A stretch of 35,016 nt of DNA from Elusimicrobiota bacterium (GTDB lineage: Bacteria; Elusimicrobiota; Elusimicrobia; UBA1565; UBA9628). Both the position numbers and the translations under genes were made by a program. The notes beneath the pieces are model-generated. The model had not been told where the DNA came from and ran no database searches. It saw nothing but the letters and a program-made list of their open reading frames with translations. The DNA lies in assembly GCA_027319565.1 (NCBI GenBank), contig DAHVNA010000021.1, positions 1 to 35,016 of the forward strand, in the 5' to 3' direction. Below are positions 8,986 to 18,555 of this stretch, piece by piece. How positions within the stretch are numbered: the stretch's first letter is position 1; every line of letters begins with the position of its first letter.

Positions 8986-11226
8986 ATGAGCCGAAATAAA
9001 TGGAAAGCTCTCGCTTTGGGCGTGGCGGTTTCTATTGAGTTGGGGGCGTTTTCGTTCGCCGCGTCTCAGACAAGCGCTTCGTCCGTTAAGCCTGTTCCCG
9101 TTGGACCCGCTCAAGGCGACCCGCGCAACGTTCAATTTGCCGAGCTTCAAAAAGAGGTTGATGCCTGCCAGGCCGCTCTTAAAAAAGATTCCCGCGCCGG
9201 AATTCCTTTTTGTGGAGATCTCAAAGCTCCAAAAACTATTTCTGATTTCATTTGCCAAAACGGTTTTTATACTTGCACGCCAGCTGCAGAAAAATCGCGC
9301 CTTAAGTCCACCCTTGCCGCTTGGATATTGCGCCCGAATAATTCCTTGCTTAAAATTCGGAAAGGGCGGGGAAATCTCGCGGAATTAATGTCTGTCATTA
9401 CAGATTCCTCGGGGGCCGAAAAATTGGCCCAGGCCTGCCAGTCGGGAGTGGTCCGTGGCTTTAAAGCCAAACCATGCAAGAAATGGGATGGCGGAGACAT
9501 CGCGGGCTGGGTCTCGGGTCTTGTCAGCGCCTTGGCCGATAACGCCCATTACTTTTACCGGGTCAAGGTTGGCAAAGTGAGCAAGAGTAAAACTCTTAAG
9601 TCGATTCAAAAAGATTCTCAAAACGCTTCTCCCTTTGGGGCGGGACCGCGGGCCAATACAAACACGGGGGTGTCGCGTTCTTTTGGAGTCGAACAGCTTT
9701 ATCAAGACGGAGCGGTCACGGGTTGGGTAGTCACCAATCCCGAGACCGGGGCCGGGCGCTGGATTTCAGTCAAATATTTCACCTCTCGAGATCCACAAAC
9801 CCATCAATTGATTCAGCAGGTTGGCGTTTTTGACTATACCGAAAATCCATCGGAAATTTACGGACGGAGATACCCGGTGGGCGCGGGGGCTAAAGATGTC
9901 GACGCGGATAATCTCGATATCGTTCCCAACCGTTCGCAATTTCATTTGACCATTCAAAATGGGGAAGTGACGGTCTCAGCCGCCGGGAGTTCGCAGCCCG
10001 CGATTAAAACGAGTATCCAAAATTTGAAGCAATTGCGCCTGGCTCAAGTTAATAAGGAAGGTTATAATGAGACAATTGGAAATCAAACCTATAAGGTCAT
10101 AGGTCAAGGCGGCGCAAAGGGGGCCCTCCTTTTCTTTAAGGAAGATAGTAAAGGCCAGGTCAGCGATTTAGACCCTGCGGCGATGGCCCAGGTCAATCAA
10201 ATGACGGACTCGGGGGTGCAGGATTTGCCCTCAACTCCCTATAACACCGGTTTGGGTTTTTTTGATACGGGGAGTGGCGGCGCCTCCCAGTTTTGGTATA
10301 TGAAGCGCGTCAACAATGGGGACATGTCTTACTTTCAGCCCGTGGCTTGCCAGGACAGTGTTGCCAAACAAGTGAGCGAAAAGTGCAATTGGCCGCCAGC
10401 GCCGGAAAAACCCAAGAGTAACGGCAATCAATCATCAAATAAGGGACAAGGCGGCGACAATTCCGGCACTGTCGTGGCGGCGGGAGATTGCAGCGCCGTT
10501 TCCCAGGATCCTAATGCGGTTAGTGTGGGTTCCGTGTCTTTTATTCCCCAGAAAGATTCTCCTGTCATGAACCTTTGCGCCGCTGGAACCCAGATGGCGG
10601 TCTCGGGATTAATTAAAAATGTCGCTTTGTCAAATGACGGTCTCACTTTAACTGTCGCCTCTCCCAGCGGCAGCGCCGATAAAACAAAAAATTACGCTTC
10701 TATTTATAAGAACCTTCAAATCCCAGTTTCCCTTCAGGTTAAATGCGATCCTAATCCGGGGCCTAATCTTCCCCCATGTCAGCCTACGCTTTATGGTATC
10801 CCTGTTAATAAGGAAACGAAATATCTAATTCCCATGGATTCGCTGAAGAAAAAAAGAGCCGGCGGGAATCTTACTCCGGTGGATCGCCTTTCCTTGCTGA
10901 GCAAAAAATATGATCTGAGGGTTCGCAATAAGAAGGTTGAATCTTACGGGATGACTTTTAAAGCCAAGAATCAAGACGCGGCAACGGCGTTCTGGGAAGC
11001 ATACACTCAAAAATTGGGAGCAATCCCTTATAAAGAAAAAATTCAGAAATTTTTAGCCGGGCCTCAATGCGCGCAGGGAAATAATCAGGGAGCCTATATC
11101 ACGATACGTGGTTTACTGGCTTCGGAGTTAAAAAACGCCGCCTCAACAGAGCCGGTGGTCAGTTGCGGAAGCAGTCACTTGACGGCGGGAGAGCTTTTAA
11201 AGGGAAGCGCTCCCGCAACACCCTGA
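8986..11226 (+). CDS. Hypothetical exported Cys-rich protein (about 746 aa)
   Basis: Start moved to ATG 8986, downstream of the promoter, giving the signal-peptide-like MSRNKWKALALGVAVSIELGAFSFA. Many paired Cys, beta-rich middle, low-complexity linker KPKSNGNQSSNKGQGGDNSG. Confidence 0.8.
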   Translation: MSRNKWKALALGVAVSIELGAFSFAASQTSASSVKPVPVGPAQGDPRNVQFAELQKEVDACQAALKKDSRAGIPFCGDLKAPKTISDFICQNGFYTCTPAAEKSRLKSTLAAWILRPNNSLLKIRKGRGNLAELMSVITDSSGAEKLAQACQSGVVRGFKAKPCKKWDGGDIAGWVSGLVSALADNAHYFYRVKVGKVSKSKTLKSIQKDSQNASPFGAGPRANTNTGVSRSFGVEQLYQDGAVTGWVVTNPETGAGRWISVKYFTSRDPQTHQLIQQVGVFDYTENPSEIYGRRYPVGAGAKDVDADNLDIVPNRSQFHLTIQNGEVTVSAAGSSQPAIKTSIQNLKQLRLAQVNKEGYNETIGNQTYKVIGQGGAKGALLFFKEDSKGQVSDLDPAAMAQVNQMTDSGVQDLPSTPYNTGLGFFDTGSGGASQFWYMKRVNNGDMSYFQPVACQDSVAKQVSEKCNWPPAPEKPKSNGNQSSNKGQGGDNSGTVVAAGDCSAVSQDPNAVSVGSVSFIPQKDSPVMNLCAAGTQMAVSGLIKNVALSNDGLTLTVASPSGSADKTKNYASIYKNLQIPVSLQVKCDPNPGPNLPPCQPTLYGIPVNKETKYLIPMDSLKKKRAGGNLTPVDRLSLLSKKYDLRVRNKKVESYGMTFKAKNQDAATAFWEAYTQKLGAIPYKEKIQKFLAGPQCAQGNNQGAYITIRGLLASELKNAASTEPVVSCGSSHLTAGELLKGSAPATP

Positions 11227-11231
11227 GATTT

Positions 11232-11273
11232 TGGGCCCAGGGCCTAGAAGGGGCCTAGGCCTTTAGGCCCTGA
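11232..11273 (+). repeat. GGCC-rich palindromic motif cluster, second copy of the 8921-8954 motif
   Basis: TGGGCCCAGGGCCTAG-aaggggcc-TAGGCCTTTAGGCCCTGA fills the 49-bp intergenic gap. Confidence 0.7.
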
Positions 11274-11275
11274 TT

Positions 11276-14200
11276 ATGGAAAAGAAAATCATAGGCGTGG
11301 GGTTGTCGGGGATCTTAGCCTTTTCTCCCCTTTTGGGAGGAGCGTCTTCGGCTTTGGCCCAAGAAGCGACTTCTCATAACGCCGATCCTGGGGTGAGCCT
11401 CAGCTCTGTTTTTACGGAATTACAAGATGAGTCCATCGTGGCTGGCATGTCGATGGAAATGCGCCAACATGCGATGGATTTTCTCGAACGCTACGGAAAA
11501 TCGGTGGGCTGCGATCCGCAATCGCGGGATCCGGCGTGCGCGCAGGTGTCTTTGCCGCCCTCGGTGGTGAAAACCCTGGTTCAATCCGCCATCAGCGTTG
11601 GCCCTAAGAATGGAAGTTCTCCGAAACAGACCCAGGATGCGGGAATTCAACTGGCCCATCTATTTGACGGCATGACGGGCGCCGCCAAAACGGCCTACGA
11701 CAAAGACGTCAATACCGAGGAGATTTCATCTGACGGCAATACCCGCACTTTTCGCATCGAGCAGTCGGCCTTGGGGCAAACCTTGGGATACCAGAAGGTG
11801 ACGGATTTGGGATACCAAAGCTTTCTGGTGACGATGGAAAAAGACGATCCCAAAAATCCCGGCAAGCGTTATGTGGACACGGTTTTTGTGGACATCAAAA
11901 AAGGCGCGGCGCATGACAAAAAACTTCTCTATAGCCGCAGTTTCCAGCGGATGCTGGAAAATATGAAGAAGCTTTATTACGATCAATGCTCGCTGGTTCG
12001 GCTCATTAATAATGGCTCGAGTTCGCCGCGAATATCCGGTAGCGATTGCCCGAACCCGCAAGGGGTCAAAAGAGAAGGTTTGAGCCGGGCCGATATTCAA
12101 AAGCTCTACGAGAAGTATCAAAAAAACAGGGCTGATTTTGCGGCTGCGTCTTTTGAAGACGCCCAGGGACGGAAAATCAGTTTCCTTGAATATCTGGCGA
12201 AATTAAAGACCATTTCCGGAAACGGATCTCTTAAAAACCAAGACATTCTCAAAAACATGGATTGGAGAACCTTGGACGCGGCTCGTAGAGCCGTGATGCA
12301 GTTTGAGATCGGCAAAAAAAACCGACAAACCCAGAAGGCTCTTTTAGGGCTTTTAGTTCAAGAGGTCAGCCAATTGACCGGAACCCAATTGTCAAACAAG
12401 CAATCCGGCGCTTTGGGACTAGCCTCCCATTCCCCCGAGGAACTTCAGAAAACCCTGACAGAGTTTAACGAGGGAAAACTCGCCCAGCACCGAGTTACGG
12501 CGTCAGTCAGCGAGCGCTCTGCAAAAATAGTCCCGGCGGCTTTTTTGGCCGCTTCTTCCAACGCGATGATGGCGATGGCATATGCGGCTCAAAGCCGCAA
12601 GCGCGCCCAAAGCCCGGGGCTGTCAAGGCAAGAGAAGGACGAGGCTTTGTCTTTAAGCGATCATTGGCTTCAAATCGCCCAAAACAATATCCGCATTCTC
12701 CAAATTGAAAATTTGTCCCAGCAGGTCGGTCAGCTTAAGGAAGGCGAATTTCAGACCTATCTGGGCCTGACGGGAGCGGCGGCCAAAGAAGAGGCCGATA
12801 GGCTGATGAAGGTCGCCCGCCAGTATGAAGATGAAATGAAAAATCTTTCCCAAAAGGAAGAAAAAGCGGCTCTCCAGAAAGACGCTTCGAGTCTCTATTT
12901 CAACCTGGCCAACGCCTCCTTGGCCGAGCTCTATGGAAAAAAATTGAGGGAGAAATTAACAAAGTCGCGGGCCGAGATTGCGGATTTAAGGGCCCTTTAT
13001 CTCGCCCGTGAGTTCGCCAAGGTCTCTGACCGCTATCAAGCCGGTAATTCTCTTGAAGAGATGAAAGGAACTAAGACCTATCAAGAATTTATCTCCCAAC
13101 TTCCGCCGGCGGTAAAAAAAGTTTCCGATGATCTCTTTGATTTCGCTTCCAGAGTTAAAGCCGCCGAGGAGTTGCCGGAAGACAGCGCTATTCGAGCCGA
13201 AGCGGCGGCATTATTGCGAGACCGCTTTCCCCGGCTTCTGTCGGAACTGGGCCTTAAGAAGGTTTCGGACGTTAAGGAGATAAAAACCCAGTCGCTCAAA
13301 TTGGCCGTCTTTAATAGCCAGCTTCTGGCCGGACTTCAAAATTTTACGAGCCGCATGCAGGCCTTTACCGAGCTTAACGAGCTTGATGAAATTCTCCGGG
13401 AAAACGCGAGTTCCAAACCCTCCCTGGCTCACCCCAAGACCTTCTGGCAAAAGCTTCAGCACTGGTCGACTTTAAGATTTCTTAACACCGGGATGGATAA
13501 GGCGGAGCTGGGGCAAAGAGACCGCGCCGCGGGAGTTATTCTCGCCCACAACTGGCTGACCAAGGAAGCCTATCAGAAATTAATGGCCAACGCTCCTCTC
13601 AGAGACAAGATTTTGTCCTTGATCAACCACGGAAACTACAGCGCGGCTTTTGAGCAAATCGGGCAACTCGATCCTGATATGGCACGGATAGCGCTTAAAA
13701 ATTATACCGCCGATCAATTGCGCAAAGATCCCTACGCGGATTTAACCTTCGAGGGTTTCATGACGGAAAATCCGGAAGATAAACTCGGCGCGGTTTCTCA
13801 AGGCGTTATTGGAGATCTTTTTTCCCATGTAAAAACCTTGATCTTGGGATATCAATTGGCCTCAGCGGGCGTCGATACGGTTGCTTTTAGCGCTTATTCG
13901 ACCTTCATTGGCGGCGCCGCGATCGGAGCCGAGAGATTGACCCAGATGGTCATCGAATCCGGTCAAGCCCTGCGCGCGGCCCAGGCGGCCGATAATGTCT
14001 CGGCGATAGGAAGGTTGTCTCAAGCCTTGGATTCCCTGGGGCGTGTCGGGACTTGGAGCAAAAAGGTTGTGGGTGGAACGGTGGAATTTTTGGGGAGAAC
14101 GGCCCACGGCTGGGCGACCGGAACGAAAAACGCATTGGGAATAGAAGAAATTGGCGCCAAGGGCAAGGCCTTGTCGGCGTCCCAGACACTGTTTCAGATT

Positions 14201-17200
14201 GGCCGAAAAAGCGTCGTCAATTCTCTTAAACTTCAAGGAAAAAACGCGCTGGTTATGGGCGGCGCTTCCGGAGCCATGAGCGCGGCTTCATATGCGTGGA
14301 ATCCCAAAACCTCGCAATATGAGAGCGCGGGGCAGGCTTTTAAAGAAGGAGCGGTTTACGGCGCGGCTTTTGGCGCCCGCGCTACGCCGCTGATGATGGC
14401 CAGCCCTATTCAAGCCCCGGCTTTTGGGGTTTTCGGAAATGGAATCAGTTCTTTTGTCAAAAGCGTCGCGGAGACTCCAGGCCCGCTTAGTTGGACCGTC
14501 CAATCGGGCGCGAAACTCATTCCGCGCTATTCAGAATCGGCGGTGGCTGAATCGGGGCCTTTGGGCGCGCTTCAGATGAGCGCCGTAGACGCCGCTCCCG
14601 GCATCCTTAAGCCTTTATACCGCGTGGGAATTTGGGCCGGAGGGATGGCGGACGGCATGGCCAAATATTTCCTGACCGGGCTTGCCTCTCAATCCTTGGT
14701 CGAGCATGCGGATTATTATTACCATCAAAAAGCGGGAGATTATAAAGATAACCCTCTCACCGGCAGAACCGCTCAAGATCAGAATATCGCCAATTCTTTC
14801 CAGGCTGGTCAGGCCGCCAATCAAATCTCTTGGCTCTTTTTGCCGACCAGCGCGATAGGCAAAAGCGGGGAGATAGATGAGAATCAGCAAGAGCAGGCGG
14901 GTTTTTCGAATTTGATCGCTCAGGGTAAGGGAAAGGAAATAGAAGCCTTGCCCGATGATTACACCTTGACCTACGAGAAATCGCCGTGGGACCCGGTGGG
15001 ATTTCTTTCGCCCAAGGCCTGGAAACAGCGCGCTCAATGGGCGTGGAGTTCCTGGGTTAAAAAGCGCCCGGCGACCGGAGTCTTTAAAATCAGTTCCCAA
15101 TGGCGGGAAGAGGCGGCTAAAAGAAGGCTAGAGAATTTTTCCGACGCGGAGTTGGCTCTTTTGCTTAACGCCGATAAAAAAGACAATAACCAGTTTTTTA
15201 AGTTTGAGCGAAACCCTAATGGGGAACTAAGCTTGCGGCAAATTGATGAAAAAACGGTTCTTGCGGGGTCTGCCCTTTCTGAAAGGGAAAATGGCGGCCC
15301 TAAAACCTTGTCCCAAGAGGAAATTGCGGCTTTGGCCCAAAACTCGGATCTGCGTTTGTCTGATTCCATCGTAGATGTCGCTAGAAAAATTTTAAGTAAG
15401 CGCTTGGTCAAGGATTCTTCGCTGCGCGCGGAAATATTAGCGGCGAAAGATTCCCTGGCCTTAAAATCAAATTCCGGCTCTTTTGAGATTCTCTCGGAAC
15501 CGGAACTTAAAAAAATGAAACAGATGGCCGCTACCGCCCAGATTAATTCTTCCGCTTATCTTCAGTTCGCGCGCAAGAATTTTTGGAATGCAACTCTTCA
15601 TCTTGGACGAGATCTCTACACTCCGCAAGACCTTCTCATCGCCGATATCGCTCAATCCGCCGGGAAAGAAAATGGACAGAGCCTCCGCAATTTGTGGGAA
15701 GATGCGGGCCGGGAAAAAACCACGGATGTCTTAGCGAAACTGAAGGCATCGGGAGAAGAACCTCAAGCCGCAATGATTGAGCGGGAACTGAAGAGAAGCG
15801 ACATCCCTTCCGGCGGCGCTTTGGCCGATACGATTGATTTAATCAATGAGAAAATAGCGTCTCTTGAATCAACCCATAAGACCCGCGCTCAAGCCTTAGA
15901 ATCGGCCAAGGACCGGCTTCTTCAAACCATCAGCGATCCCAAGGCCGACGATTTAATTGACGCTATTCATCGCGCGATGGATGAAAAAATCGCTTCTCTT
16001 TCCGCTTCCGGTCATGTCGATACCGCCGAAGCCGTTGGAGAATTGCGCAAGACCTTGGAGTCCGACGCCTACACGCAGCTGGCCGATGAGCAGTTGGCGG
16101 AAAATTTCAAGGCCTATCAAAAGGGAAAGATTTCGCAAGCGGAAATGGACCTGTCGGCCAATTTAGTCAAATCCGTCTGGGAACGGGGCGTTTTTGGGCG
16201 GCATTTTGGGGAATGGAAGACTCTTCCGGATGGAAGCCGCGTTCTTGAAATCCCCGCAAACCGGCAATTGCGGGACGCTCGCGGAAACCCGATTACGAGT
16301 TTTAGAGAGCTTCAGGCGCGCCAGATTTTAGCCACTCTAAAAGCCCTTTCAAACGGGGAAAACCGCGTCTTTAATCTGCTTAAAACCTCGGGCGGAAAAA
16401 CCCTGCTGAGTTTCGTGATGCTGGACTTCTTGGATCATTACGCCCGCTCGCATGGAAAACTGGGCGCGATGTATTTGACCACCAATCCCGATCTGGCGTC
16501 TCAGACCATGGATCAGTATTTGGCCATTTTCGGGGGTCGCAAGCCGCGCTTTAAAATTAAAACCTATTCCGATTTTTGGGCGGAACTGGCCCAAGCCGAT
16601 AAATTCGGCGGCTCAAATCCTCTCGAACTCTACGATATGGTCTTAGACGAATACGACATGATGGCGATGACGACCGCTTTGTCCTTAGGTTCCTTTAACG
16701 GCATCGTCGGCCGCTATCCGGAGCTGGATCCGGTTCAAACTTCTCTTCGCCAGGGAGCCGAAAAATTGCAAGATCTTTTCAAACAATACGGTTCCAATGG
16801 GAAGGAACTTGATCCCGCTTCTTTTAAAGAATTGATGAAGGATAATCCAAAATTCCATGAAGATTTCAATGACCTAGTCGCCCTCCAAACCCGGAATTTC
16901 CGCAAGGCTCTGGAATACGCGAATTCAAAAGCCTATCGCGCGCAGCTTTCCAATCCCCATTCGCCGCTCTACCGCGATCTTGGAATCAATAGCCTTGCCG
17001 AGTTTAAAGCCCGGTATAAAATGGATCCGGAACAAGTTTATTTCGATATGCTCAAAAGCCATCAGCACGCCTTTGGCGGCGGGCTTTTTGACGCATTGGC
17101 TAGAAAAGCGGGTTTGGGTTGGGGCGGGGTCATCGGTCGGCAATACGGAACTCCCCAGCATTGGATCGAAAAAATTTACAGCGGAGGGTATCAGGCCCTG

Positions 17201-18517
17201 TCCAAGAAAAATTTACAAGACCTTTTCGCGACCGATGTCGATAAAAATAAGCAAGAGGTCATTCAATATTTTAACGGCGTTCCCCTGGATAATCTCGACA
17301 CCGAATACCGCTCCTATTTGGAAGCCCTCTACGGGAAACCGTTGACCTTGGATTTTGACTCCTTGGCCGTCGTTGATTTCGCCAAATTTAATAACAAGGC
17401 AAAAGCCGCCGGGACCGTGATGCTGGGCCTTTCCGGAACCCTGGCCCATTCCACCGTTCCGTTCATGAAAGACAAAATGGGTTTTAAAGTTATTGGAGAT
17501 GAGAGCGCGGGATATCAAGTCGATTATCAAATTTTAAGTCCAGCTGAAAAAGCGCTGTCTCCTCATAATGCCGCGCAAGAGTTTATTCTCAGGGACATGC
17601 TTGAGAAAAAACCGAGTCTGTCCATCATTTACGCGGACACCAAATCTGAATATGAGGCGTTTTTAAAGTCCTTGCGGATGAATGAAATTTCGAAAGACCA
17701 AATCACGGTCGGAATTACGCCCGACACTAATTTCCAAAAAGAACAGCGTCGTCAGACCGGCGTCGATGAGTATAAGAATCTTGCCGCTCTTAAATCCGGA
17801 AAAGCGAAGGTTTTAATCTTGGTCGGCCAAGCTGGCTTTAGAGGTCTTGATTTGCCTTTCGGGGATGCCTATAAAAACGGGAAATTTAGAATGTATGTCA
17901 GTAATCCCGAGAATCTGGCGACGGTTAATTTCAAGCAACTCATGGGCCGTATCGACAGCGGGCGCATTCCCAAAGGAGTCAAGGTCAATGTGACCGGAGT
18001 CGTTGACGGAAAAATCTTGGAAGATTCGCCGTCTTATCTCAGAGTGGCCTGGGATCAGCTAAGGCAGATTTCGGAAAACCCGCGGCAAGAGGAAGAAAAA
18101 ATTTGGGATCAAATCAGCAATTTGGTCAGGGAAAACGCGGAAGATTCTAAGGCTGTGGTCACTTATAAAAACGTCAAGCGCCTGACTTTAAACCCCAAAG
18201 CCTTGGAGAACCCCGACATCGTCGAGGTTCGGGATTTGTTGAGCCGCTACCGGACTTTGAAAAAACTGTCCCATTTAGTCACTCCGGAAAAAGCGAAAGA
18301 GCTTTTGGATCCTAAAAATGTATCGGAAGCCCAAGCCTTCATCAAAAATCCCAAGGTCGCTAATATCTTGATTGGCGATTTGATGAGCAGAATGCAGGAT
18401 GCCGCGGAACTTAAGGCCATCGAGGCTTCAGGCATCAACCGCCCTCCCATGCCCGGCATTTCTTCCAGAATGCGCGCGGCCTTCAAACGGAAAAAACCGG
18501 AACCCGTCGTCCCTTAG
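11276..18517 (+). CDS. Giant exported/membrane protein (2413 aa) with a C-terminal SecA-like SF2 ATPase domain
   Basis: Signal peptide ending ASSALA-Q. Hydrophobic G/A-rich region at about aa 855-1195. SF2 motifs LKTSGGKTL (aa 1702), TTNPDLA, DEYD (1791), GLSGT (2051), GQAGFRGLDL (2184), QLMGR (2221). Confidence 0.8.
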   Translation: MEKKIIGVGLSGILAFSPLLGGASSALAQEATSHNADPGVSLSSVFTELQDESIVAGMSMEMRQHAMDFLERYGKSVGCDPQSRDPACAQVSLPPSVVKTLVQSAISVGPKNGSSPKQTQDAGIQLAHLFDGMTGAAKTAYDKDVNTEEISSDGNTRTFRIEQSALGQTLGYQKVTDLGYQSFLVTMEKDDPKNPGKRYVDTVFVDIKKGAAHDKKLLYSRSFQRMLENMKKLYYDQCSLVRLINNGSSSPRISGSDCPNPQGVKREGLSRADIQKLYEKYQKNRADFAAASFEDAQGRKISFLEYLAKLKTISGNGSLKNQDILKNMDWRTLDAARRAVMQFEIGKKNRQTQKALLGLLVQEVSQLTGTQLSNKQSGALGLASHSPEELQKTLTEFNEGKLAQHRVTASVSERSAKIVPAAFLAASSNAMMAMAYAAQSRKRAQSPGLSRQEKDEALSLSDHWLQIAQNNIRILQIENLSQQVGQLKEGEFQTYLGLTGAAAKEEADRLMKVARQYEDEMKNLSQKEEKAALQKDASSLYFNLANASLAELYGKKLREKLTKSRAEIADLRALYLAREFAKVSDRYQAGNSLEEMKGTKTYQEFISQLPPAVKKVSDDLFDFASRVKAAEELPEDSAIRAEAAALLRDRFPRLLSELGLKKVSDVKEIKTQSLKLAVFNSQLLAGLQNFTSRMQAFTELNELDEILRENASSKPSLAHPKTFWQKLQHWSTLRFLNTGMDKAELGQRDRAAGVILAHNWLTKEAYQKLMANAPLRDKILSLINHGNYSAAFEQIGQLDPDMARIALKNYTADQLRKDPYADLTFEGFMTENPEDKLGAVSQGVIGDLFSHVKTLILGYQLASAGVDTVAFSAYSTFIGGAAIGAERLTQMVIESGQALRAAQAADNVSAIGRLSQALDSLGRVGTWSKKVVGGTVEFLGRTAHGWATGTKNALGIEEIGAKGKALSASQTLFQIGRKSVVNSLKLQGKNALVMGGASGAMSAASYAWNPKTSQYESAGQAFKEGAVYGAAFGARATPLMMASPIQAPAFGVFGNGISSFVKSVAETPGPLSWTVQSGAKLIPRYSESAVAESGPLGALQMSAVDAAPGILKPLYRVGIWAGGMADGMAKYFLTGLASQSLVEHADYYYHQKAGDYKDNPLTGRTAQDQNIANSFQAGQAANQISWLFLPTSAIGKSGEIDENQQEQAGFSNLIAQGKGKEIEALPDDYTLTYEKSPWDPVGFLSPKAWKQRAQWAWSSWVKKRPATGVFKISSQWREEAAKRRLENFSDAELALLLNADKKDNNQFFKFERNPNGELSLRQIDEKTVLAGSALSERENGGPKTLSQEEIAALAQNSDLRLSDSIVDVARKILSKRLVKDSSLRAEILAAKDSLALKSNSGSFEILSEPELKKMKQMAATAQINSSAYLQFARKNFWNATLHLGRDLYTPQDLLIADIAQSAGKENGQSLRNLWEDAGREKTTDVLAKLKASGEEPQAAMIERELKRSDIPSGGALADTIDLINEKIASLESTHKTRAQALESAKDRLLQTISDPKADDLIDAIHRAMDEKIASLSASGHVDTAEAVGELRKTLESDAYTQLADEQLAENFKAYQKGKISQAEMDLSANLVKSVWERGVFGRHFGEWKTLPDGSRVLEIPANRQLRDARGNPITSFRELQARQILATLKALSNGENRVFNLLKTSGGKTLLSFVMLDFLDHYARSHGKLGAMYLTTNPDLASQTMDQYLAIFGGRKPRFKIKTYSDFWAELAQADKFGGSNPLELYDMVLDEYDMMAMTTALSLGSFNGIVGRYPELDPVQTSLRQGAEKLQDLFKQYGSNGKELDPASFKELMKDNPKFHEDFNDLVALQTRNFRKALEYANSKAYRAQLSNPHSPLYRDLGINSLAEFKARYKMDPEQVYFDMLKSHQHAFGGGLFDALARKAGLGWGGVIGRQYGTPQHWIEKIYSGGYQALSKKNLQDLFATDVDKNKQEVIQYFNGVPLDNLDTEYRSYLEALYGKPLTLDFDSLAVVDFAKFNNKAKAAGTVMLGLSGTLAHSTVPFMKDKMGFKVIGDESAGYQVDYQILSPAEKALSPHNAAQEFILRDMLEKKPSLSIIYADTKSEYEAFLKSLRMNEISKDQITVGITPDTNFQKEQRRQTGVDEYKNLAALKSGKAKVLILVGQAGFRGLDLPFGDAYKNGKFRMYVSNPENLATVNFKQLMGRIDSGRIPKGVKVNVTGVVDGKILEDSPSYLRVAWDQLRQISENPRQEEEKIWDQISNLVRENAEDSKAVVTYKNVKRLTLNPKALENPDIVEVRDLLSRYRTLKKLSHLVTPEKAKELLDPKNVSEAQAFIKNPKVANILIGDLMSRMQDAAELKAIEASGINRPPMPGISSRMRAAFKRKKPEPVVP

Positions 18518-18555
18518 TCGTCGTGCCCGCTCTGGAAATTGTAGAATAACCCATC

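Noticed and set aside
11232..11273. GGCC cluster or other repeats as a CRISPR array
   Set aside because: No regularly spaced repeats with unique spacers and no cas genes anywhere in the window.
11276..18517. Calling the giant ORF the housekeeping secA
   Set aside because: Far too long, has a signal peptide, motifs are divergent and there is no recognisable SecA C-terminal scaffold or Zn tail.
18518..18555. T-box riboswitch before ileS
   Set aside because: The intergenic gap is only 38 bp and has no T-box sequence.
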